Shown piece by piece: positions 46,937 through 57,003 of a stretch of 64,000 nucleotides of DNA. Position numbers and translations under genes: made by a program. Location: the NCBI GenBank assembly GCA_964461665.1, contig CAYXAS010000002.1, positions 5,400 to 69,399 on the forward strand. The letters run 5' to 3'. The first letter of the stretch is position 1; the number at the start of each line of letters is the position of its first letter. The stretch is from an uncultured Gaiellales bacterium. GTDB taxonomy: Bacteria; Actinomycetota; Thermoleophilia; Gaiellales; Gaiellaceae. The notes under the pieces were generated by a model, which saw only the letters and a program-made list of their open reading frames with translations, made no database searches and was not told the origin of the DNA.

Positions 46937-48688
46937 GTGCGCGGTTTCGACACCGATGTGATCGTGGTCGGCTCGGGCCCTGCGGGCGCGACCTCGGCGC
47001 TCGCGCTCGCCACCTACGGCGTGGACACGGTGGTGCTGACCAAGTACGGGTGGACCGCGAACACACCACGCGCCCACATCACGAACCAGGGGGCGATGCA
47101 GGTATTCCGTGACCTCGGGGTCGAACGGGACGTGCTCGAGAAGGCGACCCCGCAGCACCTGATGGGCGACACGGTGTTCTGCACGAGCCTCGCGGGGGAG
47201 GAGTTGGCGCGACACCACACCTGGGGGACGCACCCCGCACGCCTGGCCGACTACACGCTCGCGAGCCCCTGCACTCCGGTGGACATCCCACAGACGCTGC
47301 TCGAGCCGATCCTCGTCTCCCACGCCGCGGCCCGTGGCGCCCGGTTCCGCTTCAACGCCGAGTACCTCTCGCACGAGCAGGACGAGGAGGGTGTCACCGT
47401 GACGCTGCGCGACCGGGTGACCGGGCGCGAGGAGACGCTCCGCTCGCGCTATCTGATCGGAGCGGACGGCGGCAACAGCGTCATCGCGGAGCAACTCGGG
47501 CTCCCGATGGAGGGCCAGATGGGGATCGCCGGGAGCATGAACATTGTGGTGCGGGCCGACCTGACGCGCTACGTCGCCCACCGCCCGAGCATCCTCTACT
47601 GGGTCCTCCAGCCCGGTTCGCGGATCGGCGGGGTCGGGATGGGCGTGGTGCGCACCATCCACCCGTGGGACGAGTGGATGATCATCTGGGGCTACGACAT
47701 CGCACAGCCGCCGCCCGAGATCGATGAGGAGGCGGCGATCAGGATCGTGCGCACGCTCGTCGGCGACGAGAGTCTCCCGGTCGAGGTGCTGTCGATCGCG
47801 CTCTGGGGCAACAACCGGATGTACGCGACCCGGTACTCGCAGGGCCGCGTCTTCTGCATGGGGGACGCGGTGCACCGTCATCCGCCGAACAACGGGCTCG
47901 GGTCGAACACGTCGGTGCAGGACGCCTACAACCTCGCCTGGAAGCTCGCGGAGACGCTCCGCGGCCACGCGGGGCCCGGGCTACTCGCGAGCTACGAGGA
48001 CGAGCGGACACCGATCGGTGAGCAGATCGTGCTGCGGTCGAACCGCTCGATCGAGGAATTCGGCCCGATCTTCGAGGCGTTCGGGCTGCTCTCGACCGAC
48101 GATCCCGCCGAGATGCGGCGGAACATGGAGAGCCGCAAGGAGGCGACACCGGAGGGCGCGGAGGCGCGCACGAAGCTGCAACGCGCGATCGATCGGAAGA
48201 ACTGGGAGTTCAACGCTCACGGCGTCGAACTGGGCCAGCGCTACCGCTCCTCGGCCGTCGTGGGTGATGGGTCACCAGAACCGGTGAACCCGCGTGACCC
48301 GGAGCTGTACTACCAGCCGACCACCTGGCCTGGCGCCCGGCTACCCCACTGCTGGGTGGTGCGGCCGGGTGCGACCGAGCGAGTCTCGACGCTCGACCTC
48401 GCGGGGAGGGGGCGGTTCGCGCTCCTCACCGGGATCGGTGGCGAGGCGTGGGTCGAGGCTGCGGCGACCGTGGGTGCCGAACTCGGCATCGAGATCGCCA
48501 CCACCGTGATCGGCCCGGGGCGCGACGTTGAGGATCTCTACTTCGAATGGGCGCGGCTGCGTGAAATCGACGAGTCGGGCTGTCTGCTCGTCCGCCCCGA
48601 CATGGTGGTCGGGTGGCGGAGTGCCACCGTCGCGGAGGACTGCACCGCCAGGCTCGACGGCGCGCTCCGGGCGATCCTCGACCGGTAG
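46937..48688 (+). CDS. FAD-dependent aromatic (phenol/resorcinol-type) monooxygenase
   Basis: Real part of ORF 46028..48688 from GTG 46937. It has VIVVGSGPAG, IGADGGNSVI and GDAVHRHPPNNGLGSN, plus a C-terminal thioredoxin-like domain as in phenol 2-monooxygenases. Confidence 0.88.
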   Translation: MRGFDTDVIVVGSGPAGATSALALATYGVDTVVLTKYGWTANTPRAHITNQGAMQVFRDLGVERDVLEKATPQHLMGDTVFCTSLAGEELARHHTWGTHPARLADYTLASPCTPVDIPQTLLEPILVSHAAARGARFRFNAEYLSHEQDEEGVTVTLRDRVTGREETLRSRYLIGADGGNSVIAEQLGLPMEGQMGIAGSMNIVVRADLTRYVAHRPSILYWVLQPGSRIGGVGMGVVRTIHPWDEWMIIWGYDIAQPPPEIDEEAAIRIVRTLVGDESLPVEVLSIALWGNNRMYATRYSQGRVFCMGDAVHRHPPNNGLGSNTSVQDAYNLAWKLAETLRGHAGPGLLASYEDERTPIGEQIVLRSNRSIEEFGPIFEAFGLLSTDDPAEMRRNMESRKEATPEGAEARTKLQRAIDRKNWEFNAHGVELGQRYRSSAVVGDGSPEPVNPRDPELYYQPTTWPGARLPHCWVVRPGATERVSTLDLAGRGRFALLTGIGGEAWVEAAATVGAELGIEIATTVIGPGRDVEDLYFEWARLREIDESGCLLVRPDMVVGWRSATVAEDCTARLDGALRAILDR

Positions 48689-48689
48689 C

Positions 48690-49658
48690 TCAGTCGCGCA
48701 GCCGGCGCTGCACCGGGAATAGCCGCACATGTGTCCGCTGCGCGACGAGACCCCACAGCCCGCCGCGCGCCCAGACCGCCACACCCACGGCGATCGCGCC
48801 GATCAGGATCAGGTACCACGACCCGTACTGCGCGAGCTCCCGCTGCAACACGAAGAACAGGATCGTCCCGAGGATCGGCCCCTCGATCGTGCCGATCCCG
48901 CCGATCACGACGATGAAGATCATGAACGCCGTCCAGTTGATCGAGTACGCGGATTCGGGCTGAACCCGGAGGAGGTTGAGCGCGACGACCGCGCCCGCGA
49001 GGCCACAGCCGAGCGCTGCCACAACCCACACGACCAGTTTCGTCCTGACGACATCGACACCCATTGCGCGCGCCGCGATCTCGTCGTCACGGATCGACTC
49101 GAGCGCAAGACCGACCCGTGACCGCAACAGCGCGTACGCGCCGAGCACCGCCATCACCGCGAGCGCGAGTGCAATCAGGTACGTCCACCGTTCGCGCATC
49201 CCGCGCTCGATCGACGCGGCCGCAAGGATCGTGGTCCCGTCACCGCCACCGACGTGCTGCCAGTTCAGCGTCAGCAGCCGCACGACTTCGGCGATCACCC
49301 ACGTCCCGATCGCGAAGTAGCCACCGCGCAGCCGGAATGCAAGCGCCGCCATCGGCAGGGAGAGCGCCGCAGCGATCAGCCCTGCGATCGGCACGGCGAG
49401 GAATGGGTGGATGCCGAGCGGCTCGGTCGTGAGCACGACGATCCCGTAGGCACCGAGCCCCACGAACGCCTGCTGGCCGATCGAGACGAGCCCCGAGAAC
49501 CCCGCGAGCAGATTCCACATCTGCGCGAGCGCGAGCAACGTGAACAGCTCCACGAGGTCGCGCATGTTCGAGCTCGAGCGCCACCACGGAACCGACGCGA
49601 GCAGCACGACCAGGCCCCCGAGGAGCACGAGTCGGACGCCGAGACCGGTGGCCCTCAC
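48690..49658 (-). CDS. livM: Branched-chain-amino-acid-type ABC permease (LivM-like)
   Basis: Real part of ORF 48690..50636 from GTG 49658 (GTGA overlap). It is multi-TM with GFSGLVSIGQQAF. Confidence 0.85.
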   Translation of the reverse strand: MRATGLGVRLVLLGGLVVLLASVPWWRSSSNMRDLVELFTLLALAQMWNLLAGFSGLVSIGQQAFVGLGAYGIVVLTTEPLGIHPFLAVPIAGLIAAALSLPMAALAFRLRGGYFAIGTWVIAEVVRLLTLNWQHVGGGDGTTILAAASIERGMRERWTYLIALALAVMAVLGAYALLRSRVGLALESIRDDEIAARAMGVDVVRTKLVVWVVAALGCGLAGAVVALNLLRVQPESAYSINWTAFMIFIVVIGGIGTIEGPILGTILFFVLQRELAQYGSWYLILIGAIAVGVAVWARGGLWGLVAQRTHVRLFPVQRRLRD

Positions 49659-50518
49659 GCCCGCCTCCCCCCGAGCAGCCCGGTCGGGCGAACCATCAGG
49701 ATCGCGAGAAACACGAGGTGGCCCGCGAGGTCGCCCCAGCCCGGGTTGAGTTCGGCGCCGATCGTCTGCGCCACCCCGAGCACGATCCCGCCGACGAGCG
49801 TCCCCCACAACGACCCGAGGCCACCGATGATCACGGCCTCGAACGCGAAGATCAGCCGCACCGGCCCCGCACTCGGGTCGAAGTTCGTTCGCATCGCGAG
49901 ATACATCCCCGCGATCGCTGCGGTACCGAGCGCGATCGCCATCGCGATCCCGTACACGCGAGCGTTCGAGATGCCGACGAGCGGCGCAACATGGCGGTCG
50001 TCGGCGGTGGCGCGCAGCGCCCGCCCGAGCCCAGTGTGGCGGATCAGGAACTGGAGCCCGACGAGGAGCACGACTGCCGTCGCGAGCGTCAGGAGCGGGA
50101 ACCAGCCGATCGCGATCTGGTCGTTGACGGTGATGCTCGCCGTTTCGATCGCGCCCGACTCCAGCCTCCGCGTGTCCGCCGAGAACCCTTCGAGCAGCGC
50201 GTTCTGGATGACGACGCCTACGCCGAACGTCGCGAGCAAGGGCGCGAGATCCGAATCGAGCGTCCGGTTGAGGACCCCGATCTGGAGGACGAAACCCGCA
50301 GCCGCCATCGCCGGAACCACCACCAGGAGCCCGAGCCACGGAGAGAGGCCCGCGTGGTCCGCGAGGAGCAGCGCTGCATACGCTGCGACGACGCCCAGGT
50401 CGCCATGCGCGAGGTTCACGAGCCGCATCACCCCGAACACGAGCGACAGCCCCGCCGCAAACAGGGCATAGAGCCCGCCGAGCAGGATCCCCTGGACGAC
50501 GGCGTTCAGCCAGGTCAT
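49655..50518 (-). CDS. livH: Branched-chain-amino-acid-type ABC permease (LivH-like)
   Basis: Real part of ORF 49655..51169 from ATG 50518 (MTWLNAVVQGILLGGLYALFAAGLSLVFGVMRLVNLAHGD). ATGA overlap. Confidence 0.88.
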   Translation of the reverse strand: MTWLNAVVQGILLGGLYALFAAGLSLVFGVMRLVNLAHGDLGVVAAYAALLLADHAGLSPWLGLLVVVPAMAAAGFVLQIGVLNRTLDSDLAPLLATFGVGVVIQNALLEGFSADTRRLESGAIETASITVNDQIAIGWFPLLTLATAVVLLVGLQFLIRHTGLGRALRATADDRHVAPLVGISNARVYGIAMAIALGTAAIAGMYLAMRTNFDPSAGPVRLIFAFEAVIIGGLGSLWGTLVGGIVLGVAQTIGAELNPGWGDLAGHLVFLAILMVRPTGLLGGRRA

Positions 50519-51228
50519 GCCGTGCGCCCCAGGCCGAAGTACGCCTCGACGATCGCCTCGGGCGACAGCTCTGCGCTGCGGCCCTGGAGCGACACCCTGC
50601 CTTCGAGCAGGCAGGTCGCGCGGTCGGTCGCCGCAAGCGCGCGCTTCACGTCCTGTTCGACGAGCACCACCGTCGTTCCCTGCTCGCCGATGTGCCCGAG
50701 AATGTCGTAGAGGCCGTCGATCACGATGGGAGCAAGACCGAGCGACAGCTCGTCGAGCAGCAGGAGCCTCGGGTTCGCCATCAGCGCCCGGCCGATCGCG
50801 AGCGCCTGTTGCTGGCCGCCCGAAAGCGTGTCGCCGGAACGGGAGCCGAGACCGTCGAGCAGCGGCAGCGCCTCGACGACCGTCTTCGTCGTCCACGGGC
50901 CCTTCCGGCCACAGCGGGCACCGATCTTCAGGTTCTCCTCGACCGTGAGCGACGCGAAGATCCGCCGCCCCTCGGGGACGAGCGCGATCCCGAGCGTCGG
51001 CCGACGGTGCGGGGCGATCCCTGCGAGGTCGAGCCCGTCGAAGCGGACGCTCCCAGCGGACGGTGGCAACAGCCCGGTGACGGTCGAGAGGAGTGTGGAC
51101 TTCCCCGCGCCGTTCGCGCCCATCACGGCGATGCGCTCGCCCTCCTCCACGGTGAGGTCCACGCCCCACAGCGCCTGGAAGTCGCCGTAACGCGCCTCGA
51201 CCCCCTCGATCTCGAGCAGCGCGCTCAC
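50515..51228 (-). CDS. livF: ABC transporter ATP-binding protein (LivF-like)
   Basis: 237-aa ORF with Walker A GANGAGKST and signature LSGGQQQ. Confidence 0.9.
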   Translation of the reverse strand: MSALLEIEGVEARYGDFQALWGVDLTVEEGERIAVMGANGAGKSTLLSTVTGLLPPSAGSVRFDGLDLAGIAPHRRPTLGIALVPEGRRIFASLTVEENLKIGARCGRKGPWTTKTVVEALPLLDGLGSRSGDTLSGGQQQALAIGRALMANPRLLLLDELSLGLAPIVIDGLYDILGHIGEQGTTVVLVEQDVKRALAATDRATCLLEGRVSLQGRSAELSPEAIVEAYFGLGRTA

Positions 51229-51947
51229 AACTCGCGCCCCAGGTACACGTCGCGCAACTCCGGGCTGCGCATCACCTCGTTCGGGTCGCCCACGACGAGC
51301 ACGCGGCCCTCCACGAGCGCGAGCAGGCGATCGACGACCGCGAGCAACGCGTGGACGATGTGCTCGATCCAGATGATCGCGATCCCCTGTTCGCGCAGCT
51401 CGCGGATCAGCGCGACGAGCTGGCCGACCTCCAGCTCCGTCAGTCCGCCCCCTACCTCGTCGAGCAGCAGGACACGCGGATCGGTGACGAGCGCGCGCGC
51501 GAGCTCGAGCCGCTTGCGCTCGAGCAGTGTCAGCGACCCTGCGCGCCGGTTGGCCCGGTCGAGCAGGCCGGTGCGGGCGAGTGCGGTGCGACAGGCGTCG
51601 CTCGCGCCGCCCGTCCGCCCCTCACGGCCGTACGTGTGCGCCACCAGCACGTTCTCGAACGCGGTCAGCCCACCGAACGGGCGTGGAATCTGGAACGTGC
51701 GACCGATCCCCGCCCGGGCGCGGCGATGCCCAGGGAGATGCGTGACGTCGCGCCCGTCGAGCACGATCCGACCGCTGTCCGCGGCCAGATCGCCCCCGAC
51801 CAGATTGAGAAGCGTGGTCTTTCCGGCTCCGTTCGGCCCAACCACGCCGAGCGCTTCGCCCGGTGCGAGCGCCAGGCTGACTTCCTGGACGACTCGCACC
51901 GAGCCAAACGACTTCGTGACGCCGTGCAGCTCGAGCAGGCTCTGCAT
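51225..51947 (-). CDS. livG: ABC transporter ATP-binding protein (LivG-like)
   Basis: 240-aa ORF with Walker A GPNGAGKTT and Walker B LLLDEVGGG. Confidence 0.9.
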   Translation of the reverse strand: MQSLLELHGVTKSFGSVRVVQEVSLALAPGEALGVVGPNGAGKTTLLNLVGGDLAADSGRIVLDGRDVTHLPGHRRARAGIGRTFQIPRPFGGLTAFENVLVAHTYGREGRTGGASDACRTALARTGLLDRANRRAGSLTLLERKRLELARALVTDPRVLLLDEVGGGLTELEVGQLVALIRELREQGIAIIWIEHIVHALLAVVDRLLALVEGRVLVVGDPNEVMRSPELRDVYLGREL

Positions 51948-51960
51948 CGGCCTTCTTCTA

Positions 51961-53283
51961 CTACTTGTACGAGATCGGCTGCAGCTTGCCCTGCGCCTTC
52001 AGCCCCTTGACACCCTTCGCGGAGACGACGACCAGCTCGTACTTGTGCTTCTTGCCCTTCTGCCACTGAGCGCCCGCGAGGGCGGTCTTCGTGACGTTCG
52101 GGACCGGGCCACCCTTCCAGTTGACCTTGCCGACGACCGTGTTCAGGTTCGTCGTCTTGATCGCCTCGACGATCGACTCCTTGTCATCGATGTCCTTGGC
52201 GCGGCTGAGCACGTTGGCGGCCACCTCGAACAGGGCGTGGGCGAAGCCGATCGGCTGCGTCCACTGCTGCTTGGTCGTCTTCTCCCACAGAGCACTGAGC
52301 TGCGCGGCGCTCTGGCCTGTGAGTGACGACTTCGTCTGATGGAACGGACTCCACCACAGCTCGGTGGACATGCCCGCGCCGTGGTCACCGAGCGCCTCGA
52401 CGGAAGCCGGGAACAGGAGCGCCTTGCCGATCGACGCGACCTTCGGGCGGAAGCCCTGCTGCAGGGCCTGCGTCCAGAACGTCGTGAAGTCAGGCGGGAT
52501 CGGGACGCCGGTGATGATCTCGGACTTCGACGACTTGAACTTCGCGATCTGCGCCGAGAAGTCGTCGTTCAGGTTCGGGTAGCGGCCTGGATCGACGACC
52601 TTGTACCCGGCCTTCGCGAGCGGTCCTGGGAAGCCGAGCTTCGGGTCGCCCCACGCGTTGCCGTCGGGGTCGTTCGGGAAGATGCCGCCGACCTTGTGGT
52701 TCGTCGGGACCTGGTTCCACATGTCGATGAACACCCCGATGATGTCCTCGAGCCCCCAGAAGAAGTGGTACGTCCACTTGAAGCCCTTCGCCGGATCGCC
52801 CTTGCGGCCGAAGAAGTACGGCTGCCAAGGAGCGAGCGACGAGACACACGGGACGCCGTTCGCCTCGCAGATGTCGGAGACCGGGTTGACGATGTCAGGC
52901 GTGTCACCGACGAGCATCAGGTCGATCTCGTCGTCGAGGATCAACTCCTGCGCGACGGTCGCCGCGCGGTTTGAATCCGACTGGGCGTCCTTCTGGACGA
53001 TCTCGACGGGGTAGCTGCTCCCGCCGCTCTTGATCCCCTTCGCGAAGATCCGCTTCATCTGCGCGACGGTGAAGTCATCAGCCGCTCCGAACGCCGCGAG
53101 CGGGCCGGTGCGGGGCGTGACGTAGCCGATCTTGATCACGCGGCTCGAGCTCGAGGCCGCCGATGTGGCGACCCACGGCGCGAGCGTGAGTGCAGCCCCC
53201 GCCGCGGCCGTGCGCTTGACGAGCGTGCGCCGGTCGAACGGGGTGCTGAAGAGCGAATCGAAACGGTCATGTGCGTCGAACAC
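51961..53283 (-). CDS. ABC substrate-binding protein (LivK/amide-type family) with Tat-like signal
   Basis: 440-aa ORF. The N-terminus has a twin-arginine motif (FDRRTLVKRTAAAGAALTLAP). Confidence 0.85.
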   Translation of the reverse strand: MFDAHDRFDSLFSTPFDRRTLVKRTAAAGAALTLAPWVATSAASSSSRVIKIGYVTPRTGPLAAFGAADDFTVAQMKRIFAKGIKSGGSSYPVEIVQKDAQSDSNRAATVAQELILDDEIDLMLVGDTPDIVNPVSDICEANGVPCVSSLAPWQPYFFGRKGDPAKGFKWTYHFFWGLEDIIGVFIDMWNQVPTNHKVGGIFPNDPDGNAWGDPKLGFPGPLAKAGYKVVDPGRYPNLNDDFSAQIAKFKSSKSEIITGVPIPPDFTTFWTQALQQGFRPKVASIGKALLFPASVEALGDHGAGMSTELWWSPFHQTKSSLTGQSAAQLSALWEKTTKQQWTQPIGFAHALFEVAANVLSRAKDIDDKESIVEAIKTTNLNTVVGKVNWKGGPVPNVTKTALAGAQWQKGKKHKYELVVVSAKGVKGLKAQGKLQPISYK

Positions 53284-53447
53284 CGTGTGCTCCTCCCTGC
53301 CGATTCCCGATGCGCCCGGAGCCCGGGCGAGCCGGAGTATTCAACCCCGCTGAACGTGTGCAGTCAAGTTGCCGAGGACGGGCTGCGCGCGGCGGCGGGC
53401 GATAGTGTCACGCCGATGCTGCGGAACACTCGCGCTGCGAGCACCCG

Positions 53448-54272
53448 ATGAACACGTCCTCGATCCACAGGCCGCTCGCAGACGCGATCGCCGACCACGT
53501 GCGTGACGGTTCGAGCCTCGCGATCGAGGGATTCACCCATCTCATCTCGTTCGTCGCGGGCCACGAGGTACTCCGACAGGGACAGACCGATCTCGAGCTG
53601 ATCCGGATGACGCCGGACATCCTCTACGACCAGCTGATCGGCGCGGGCCGAGCCCGGAAGATCGTGTTCTCGTATGGCGGAAACCCGGGGGTCGGCTCGC
53701 TCCACCGGCTCCGCGACGCGGTCGAGCACGGCTGGCCGCGACCACTCGAGATCGTCGAGCACTCGCACGCGGGGATGGCGAACGCGTACGCGGCTGGCGC
53801 GAGCCACCTCCCGTTCGGGACGCTGCGTGGATACGAGGGGACGGACCTCCCGACGGTCAACCCCGAGATCGCCTTCGTCAGTTGCCCGTTCACCGGCGAG
53901 ACCGTCGCGGCGGTGCGCGCGCTCCGACCCGATGTCGCGGTGATCCACGCGCAACAGGCGGACAGGCGCGGGAATGTCCTCTTCTGGGGGATCGCGGGAG
54001 TGCAGAAGGAGGCGGTGCTTGCCGCGAGCCATGCGATCGTCACCGTGGAGGAGGTCGTGGATGTGCTCGAACCGCGGCCGCACTCTGTCTTCCTCCCGCA
54101 CTGGACGCTCGACGCGGTGTGCGAGGCGCCCGGTGGCTCGTGGCCCTCGTACGCGGATGGGTACTCGACCCGCGACAACGCCTACTACGCTGAGTGGGAC
54201 GCGATCTCACGCGACCGCGACCGCTTTGCCGGGTGGCTCGACGAAACGATCGGCCGTGGAGCGGGCGGATGA
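53448..54272 (+). CDS. CoA-transferase subunit A (3-oxoadipate/glutaconate CoA-transferase family)
   Basis: 274-aa ORF with family I CoA-transferase A-subunit layout (SLAIEGFTHLISFVAGHE..., VAVIHAQQADRRGNV). Confidence 0.85.
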   Translation: MNTSSIHRPLADAIADHVRDGSSLAIEGFTHLISFVAGHEVLRQGQTDLELIRMTPDILYDQLIGAGRARKIVFSYGGNPGVGSLHRLRDAVEHGWPRPLEIVEHSHAGMANAYAAGASHLPFGTLRGYEGTDLPTVNPEIAFVSCPFTGETVAAVRALRPDVAVIHAQQADRRGNVLFWGIAGVQKEAVLAASHAIVTVEEVVDVLEPRPHSVFLPHWTLDAVCEAPGGSWPSYADGYSTRDNAYYAEWDAISRDRDRFAGWLDETIGRGAGG

Positions 54273-54994
54273 GCGCGACCCCGGACGAGGTGATGGTGGT
54301 GAACGCGGCGCGCGCGCTCACCGACGGCGAGGTGTGTCTCGTCGGGGTCGGTCAGCCGAACGCGGCCGCGAATCTCGCGCGCAGGCTCCATGCCCCGGAC
54401 TGCGTCCTGGTCTACGAATCGGGTGCGATCGCCGCGAAGCCGGTGCGTCTCCCGCTCTCGATCGGTGACGACGACCTTGCCGCGACCGCGGACACGCTCG
54501 TCTCGGTGCCCGAGATGTTCAACTACTGGATCGGCGGCGGCCGGATCGATGTGGGGTTTCTCGGCGCGGCCGAGATCGACCGCTGGGGCAACCTCAACAC
54601 TACCGTGATCGGGGACTACGCCCGGCCGACCGTCCGACTCCCGGGCGCGGGGGGCGCACCCGAGATCGCTGCGCGTTCGGGGAGGGTGATCGTGCTGCTC
54701 CGACAGTCGCGCCGCACCTTCGTCGAACGGCTCGCGTTCACGACCTCGCTCGGCCCCGGCGAAGGCAGACGCGACCGCTTCGTCGTGATCACCGACCTCG
54801 GGGTGCTGCAGCCGAGGGAGGACGGCGAACTCGAGCTCGTCGCTCTCCACGACGGCGTGACCGCCGAGGACGCGGTCGCCGCGACCGGATGGCCGCTCCG
54901 CGTGTGCGAGCCGCTCGAGACAACGGCTCCGCCGACCGCCGTCGAGCTCGAGACGCTGCGTACGCTCCGCGCGACGAACAGCGGTGGCGCATGA
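54269..54994 (+). CDS. CoA-transferase subunit B
   Basis: Real part of ORF 54194..54994 from ATG 54269 (ATGA overlap). It has VYESGAI (catalytic Glu region) and GAAEIDRWGNLN. Confidence 0.85.
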   Translation: MSATPDEVMVVNAARALTDGEVCLVGVGQPNAAANLARRLHAPDCVLVYESGAIAAKPVRLPLSIGDDDLAATADTLVSVPEMFNYWIGGGRIDVGFLGAAEIDRWGNLNTTVIGDYARPTVRLPGAGGAPEIAARSGRVIVLLRQSRRTFVERLAFTTSLGPGEGRRDRFVVITDLGVLQPREDGELELVALHDGVTAEDAVAATGWPLRVCEPLETTAPPTAVELETLRTLRATNSGGA

Positions 54995-56049
54995 GCGACC
55001 GCTTCACCCACGAGGCGTTCCCGGGACGCGTCGTGTTCGGCGCGGGGCGCGTCGCTGAGACGCGCGAGGAGGCAGAGCGGCTCGGGCTCGGTCGCGTGCT
55101 CGTGATCGCGGGCGAACAGTCCCACGCGGACCTCCTGGCGCCGATCCTCGGTGCGCTCGCGATCGAGGTGATCGTCGGGACGCCGATGCACGTCCCCGTC
55201 GCCACGGCCGCAGCGGCACGTGCGCGGGCGGCTGAGACGCGCGCCGACGGTCTCGTCGCGATCGGTGGCGGCTCCTCGACCGGGCTCGCGAAGGCGGTTG
55301 CGCTCACCACCGGACTCCCGATTGTCGTGATCCCCACGACCTACGCAGGCTCGGAGATGACGCCGATCTGGGGGATGACCGACGGCGATGTGAAGACGAC
55401 CGGCCGCGACCCCGTCGTGGTCCCGCGGGTCGTCGTCTACGACCCCGACCTGTCGCGCACGATGCCACCGCGCCTTGCGGCCGCCAGCGGCTTGAACGCA
55501 GTTGCGCACTGCGTCGATGCGCTGTGGGCGCCGGGCGCCAACCCGCTCGTCTCGGCGATCGCGGAGGAGGCGATCCGGACGCTCGCTGATGCGCTCCCCG
55601 CAGTCGTCCGCGACCCGGGGAACGGCGATGCCCGTGCGGAAGCGCTACGCGGCGCGTGGCTGGGCGGGTTGACGCTCGCCTCCGCCGGGGTGGCGCTCCA
55701 CCACAAGCTCTGCCACGTGCTCGGTGGCATGGGTCTCCCGCACGCGGAAACGCACGCGATCGTGCTCCCCTATGTGACCGCGTTTCTCGTGCCCGCTGCA
55801 CCGGATGCTGCGGCTCGGATAGAACGGGCGCTCGGGGCGCCCGACGGCGCAACCGCTCTCTGGCGGCTGCGCGAGCGGCTCGCGCTTCCCGCAGGGCTCG
55901 GCGAGATCGGCCTCGACGAGCGCCTGCTCCCGCGCGCACACGAGCTTGCGCTCGCCGTCGCCCCGGCCGAACCGCGGAAACCGACGGCGGCCGAGCTCGA
56001 ACGGCTCCTCCGTGACGCCTACGCGGGCGTCCCCCCGACGTCGTTCTGA
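54991..56049 (+). CDS. Maleylacetate reductase (iron-containing alcohol dehydrogenase family)
   Basis: Real part of ORF 54889..56049 from ATG 54991 (ATGA overlap). It has GGGSSTGLAKAVA, PTTYAGSEMT and LHHKLCHVLGG motifs. The context is the hydroxyquinol pathway. Confidence 0.85.
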   Translation: MSDRFTHEAFPGRVVFGAGRVAETREEAERLGLGRVLVIAGEQSHADLLAPILGALAIEVIVGTPMHVPVATAAAARARAAETRADGLVAIGGGSSTGLAKAVALTTGLPIVVIPTTYAGSEMTPIWGMTDGDVKTTGRDPVVVPRVVVYDPDLSRTMPPRLAAASGLNAVAHCVDALWAPGANPLVSAIAEEAIRTLADALPAVVRDPGNGDARAEALRGAWLGGLTLASAGVALHHKLCHVLGGMGLPHAETHAIVLPYVTAFLVPAAPDAAARIERALGAPDGATALWRLRERLALPAGLGEIGLDERLLPRAHELALAVAPAEPRKPTAAELERLLRDAYAGVPPTSF

Positions 56050-56080
56050 CCGACGTCTGGCCGCTACACTCCACGTCCCC

Positions 56081-56153
<73 letters not shown>

Positions 56154-56184
56154 TTCCCGCGGCACCCTCGTGGCGGAACCCGCT

Positions 56185-56985
56185 CTACCCGATGATCTGC
56201 GCCTCGGCGCCGTCGATCTCGAGCACACCGTCGGCCGGAACCTCGCGCCGGACGTAGGCGAGCGCGACGACCCCGTGCTCCGGATCGCACACCGCGCTCG
56301 TGATTCGGCCCACGTCCTTCCCCTCGAACCGAACCGGCGTGTCACGGGAGGGTGGGACAGCTGCCTCGATCGCGAGCACCCGGAGCGACCGATTCACGCG
56401 CCCCCGGTGGCGCAGCCGGGCGACCGGCTCCTGACCCGGGTAGCACCCCTTCGTGAAGCTGATCGCGCGCTCGTCGAGGCCGGCCTCGGCGGGGAGCACC
56501 GTCTCGTCGAGCTCCGCCCCCCAGCGCGGCGAGCCGGCACGGATCCGGAGCCGCTCGAGCTCCTCCTCCGCGATCGTCTGGACGCCGTCGGGGACAGACT
56601 CGTCGATCACCTCGACCGCAGCGATCCCGTAGTCGCGGTTCGGGACACCGCCCTCGGCCATCCCGAGCAGGAGCGTCGATGAGCCCTCTGCACGTTCGAT
56701 CGTGCAGCGGGCGGCAACCCGCGAACGCACGAGCGTCGCCACGACGACGGCGCCGAGTCCCGGTTCGGTGAGGAGCAGGAAGTCGTCATCGGCACGCCGC
56801 CAGACGACGAGCGGCGCGATGATCCGCGCCTTCGCAGTAAGCAGCAGCGCCTCGCACACCTCACCCACCGGAAGCGCCAACACCTCGTTCGAGACCATCC
56901 GGTTGAGATAGGCGGCGGCGTCACGACCGGCGATCGAGACGAGGTCCCTTGGTCTCGGCGCAGCCTGTACCGTCGATGGTGTCAT
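56185..56985 (-). CDS. ygfZ: YgfZ-type folate-binding protein (GcvT-like fold)
   Basis: Real part of ORF 56185..57105 from ATG 56985. It carries the signature KGCYPGQE. Confidence 0.85.
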   Translation of the reverse strand: MTPSTVQAAPRPRDLVSIAGRDAAAYLNRMVSNEVLALPVGEVCEALLLTAKARIIAPLVVWRRADDDFLLLTEPGLGAVVVATLVRSRVAARCTIERAEGSSTLLLGMAEGGVPNRDYGIAAVEVIDESVPDGVQTIAEEELERLRIRAGSPRWGAELDETVLPAEAGLDERAISFTKGCYPGQEPVARLRHRGRVNRSLRVLAIEAAVPPSRDTPVRFEGKDVGRITSAVCDPEHGVVALAYVRREVPADGVLEIDGAEAQIIG

Positions 56986-57003
56986 CGAGGCGAGGGTAGC
57001 GGG

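Noticed and set aside
50692-52326. 544-aa plus-strand ORF antisense to livF/livG and the binding-protein gene
   Set aside because: It is antisense to ABC ATPase genes that have canonical Walker motifs.
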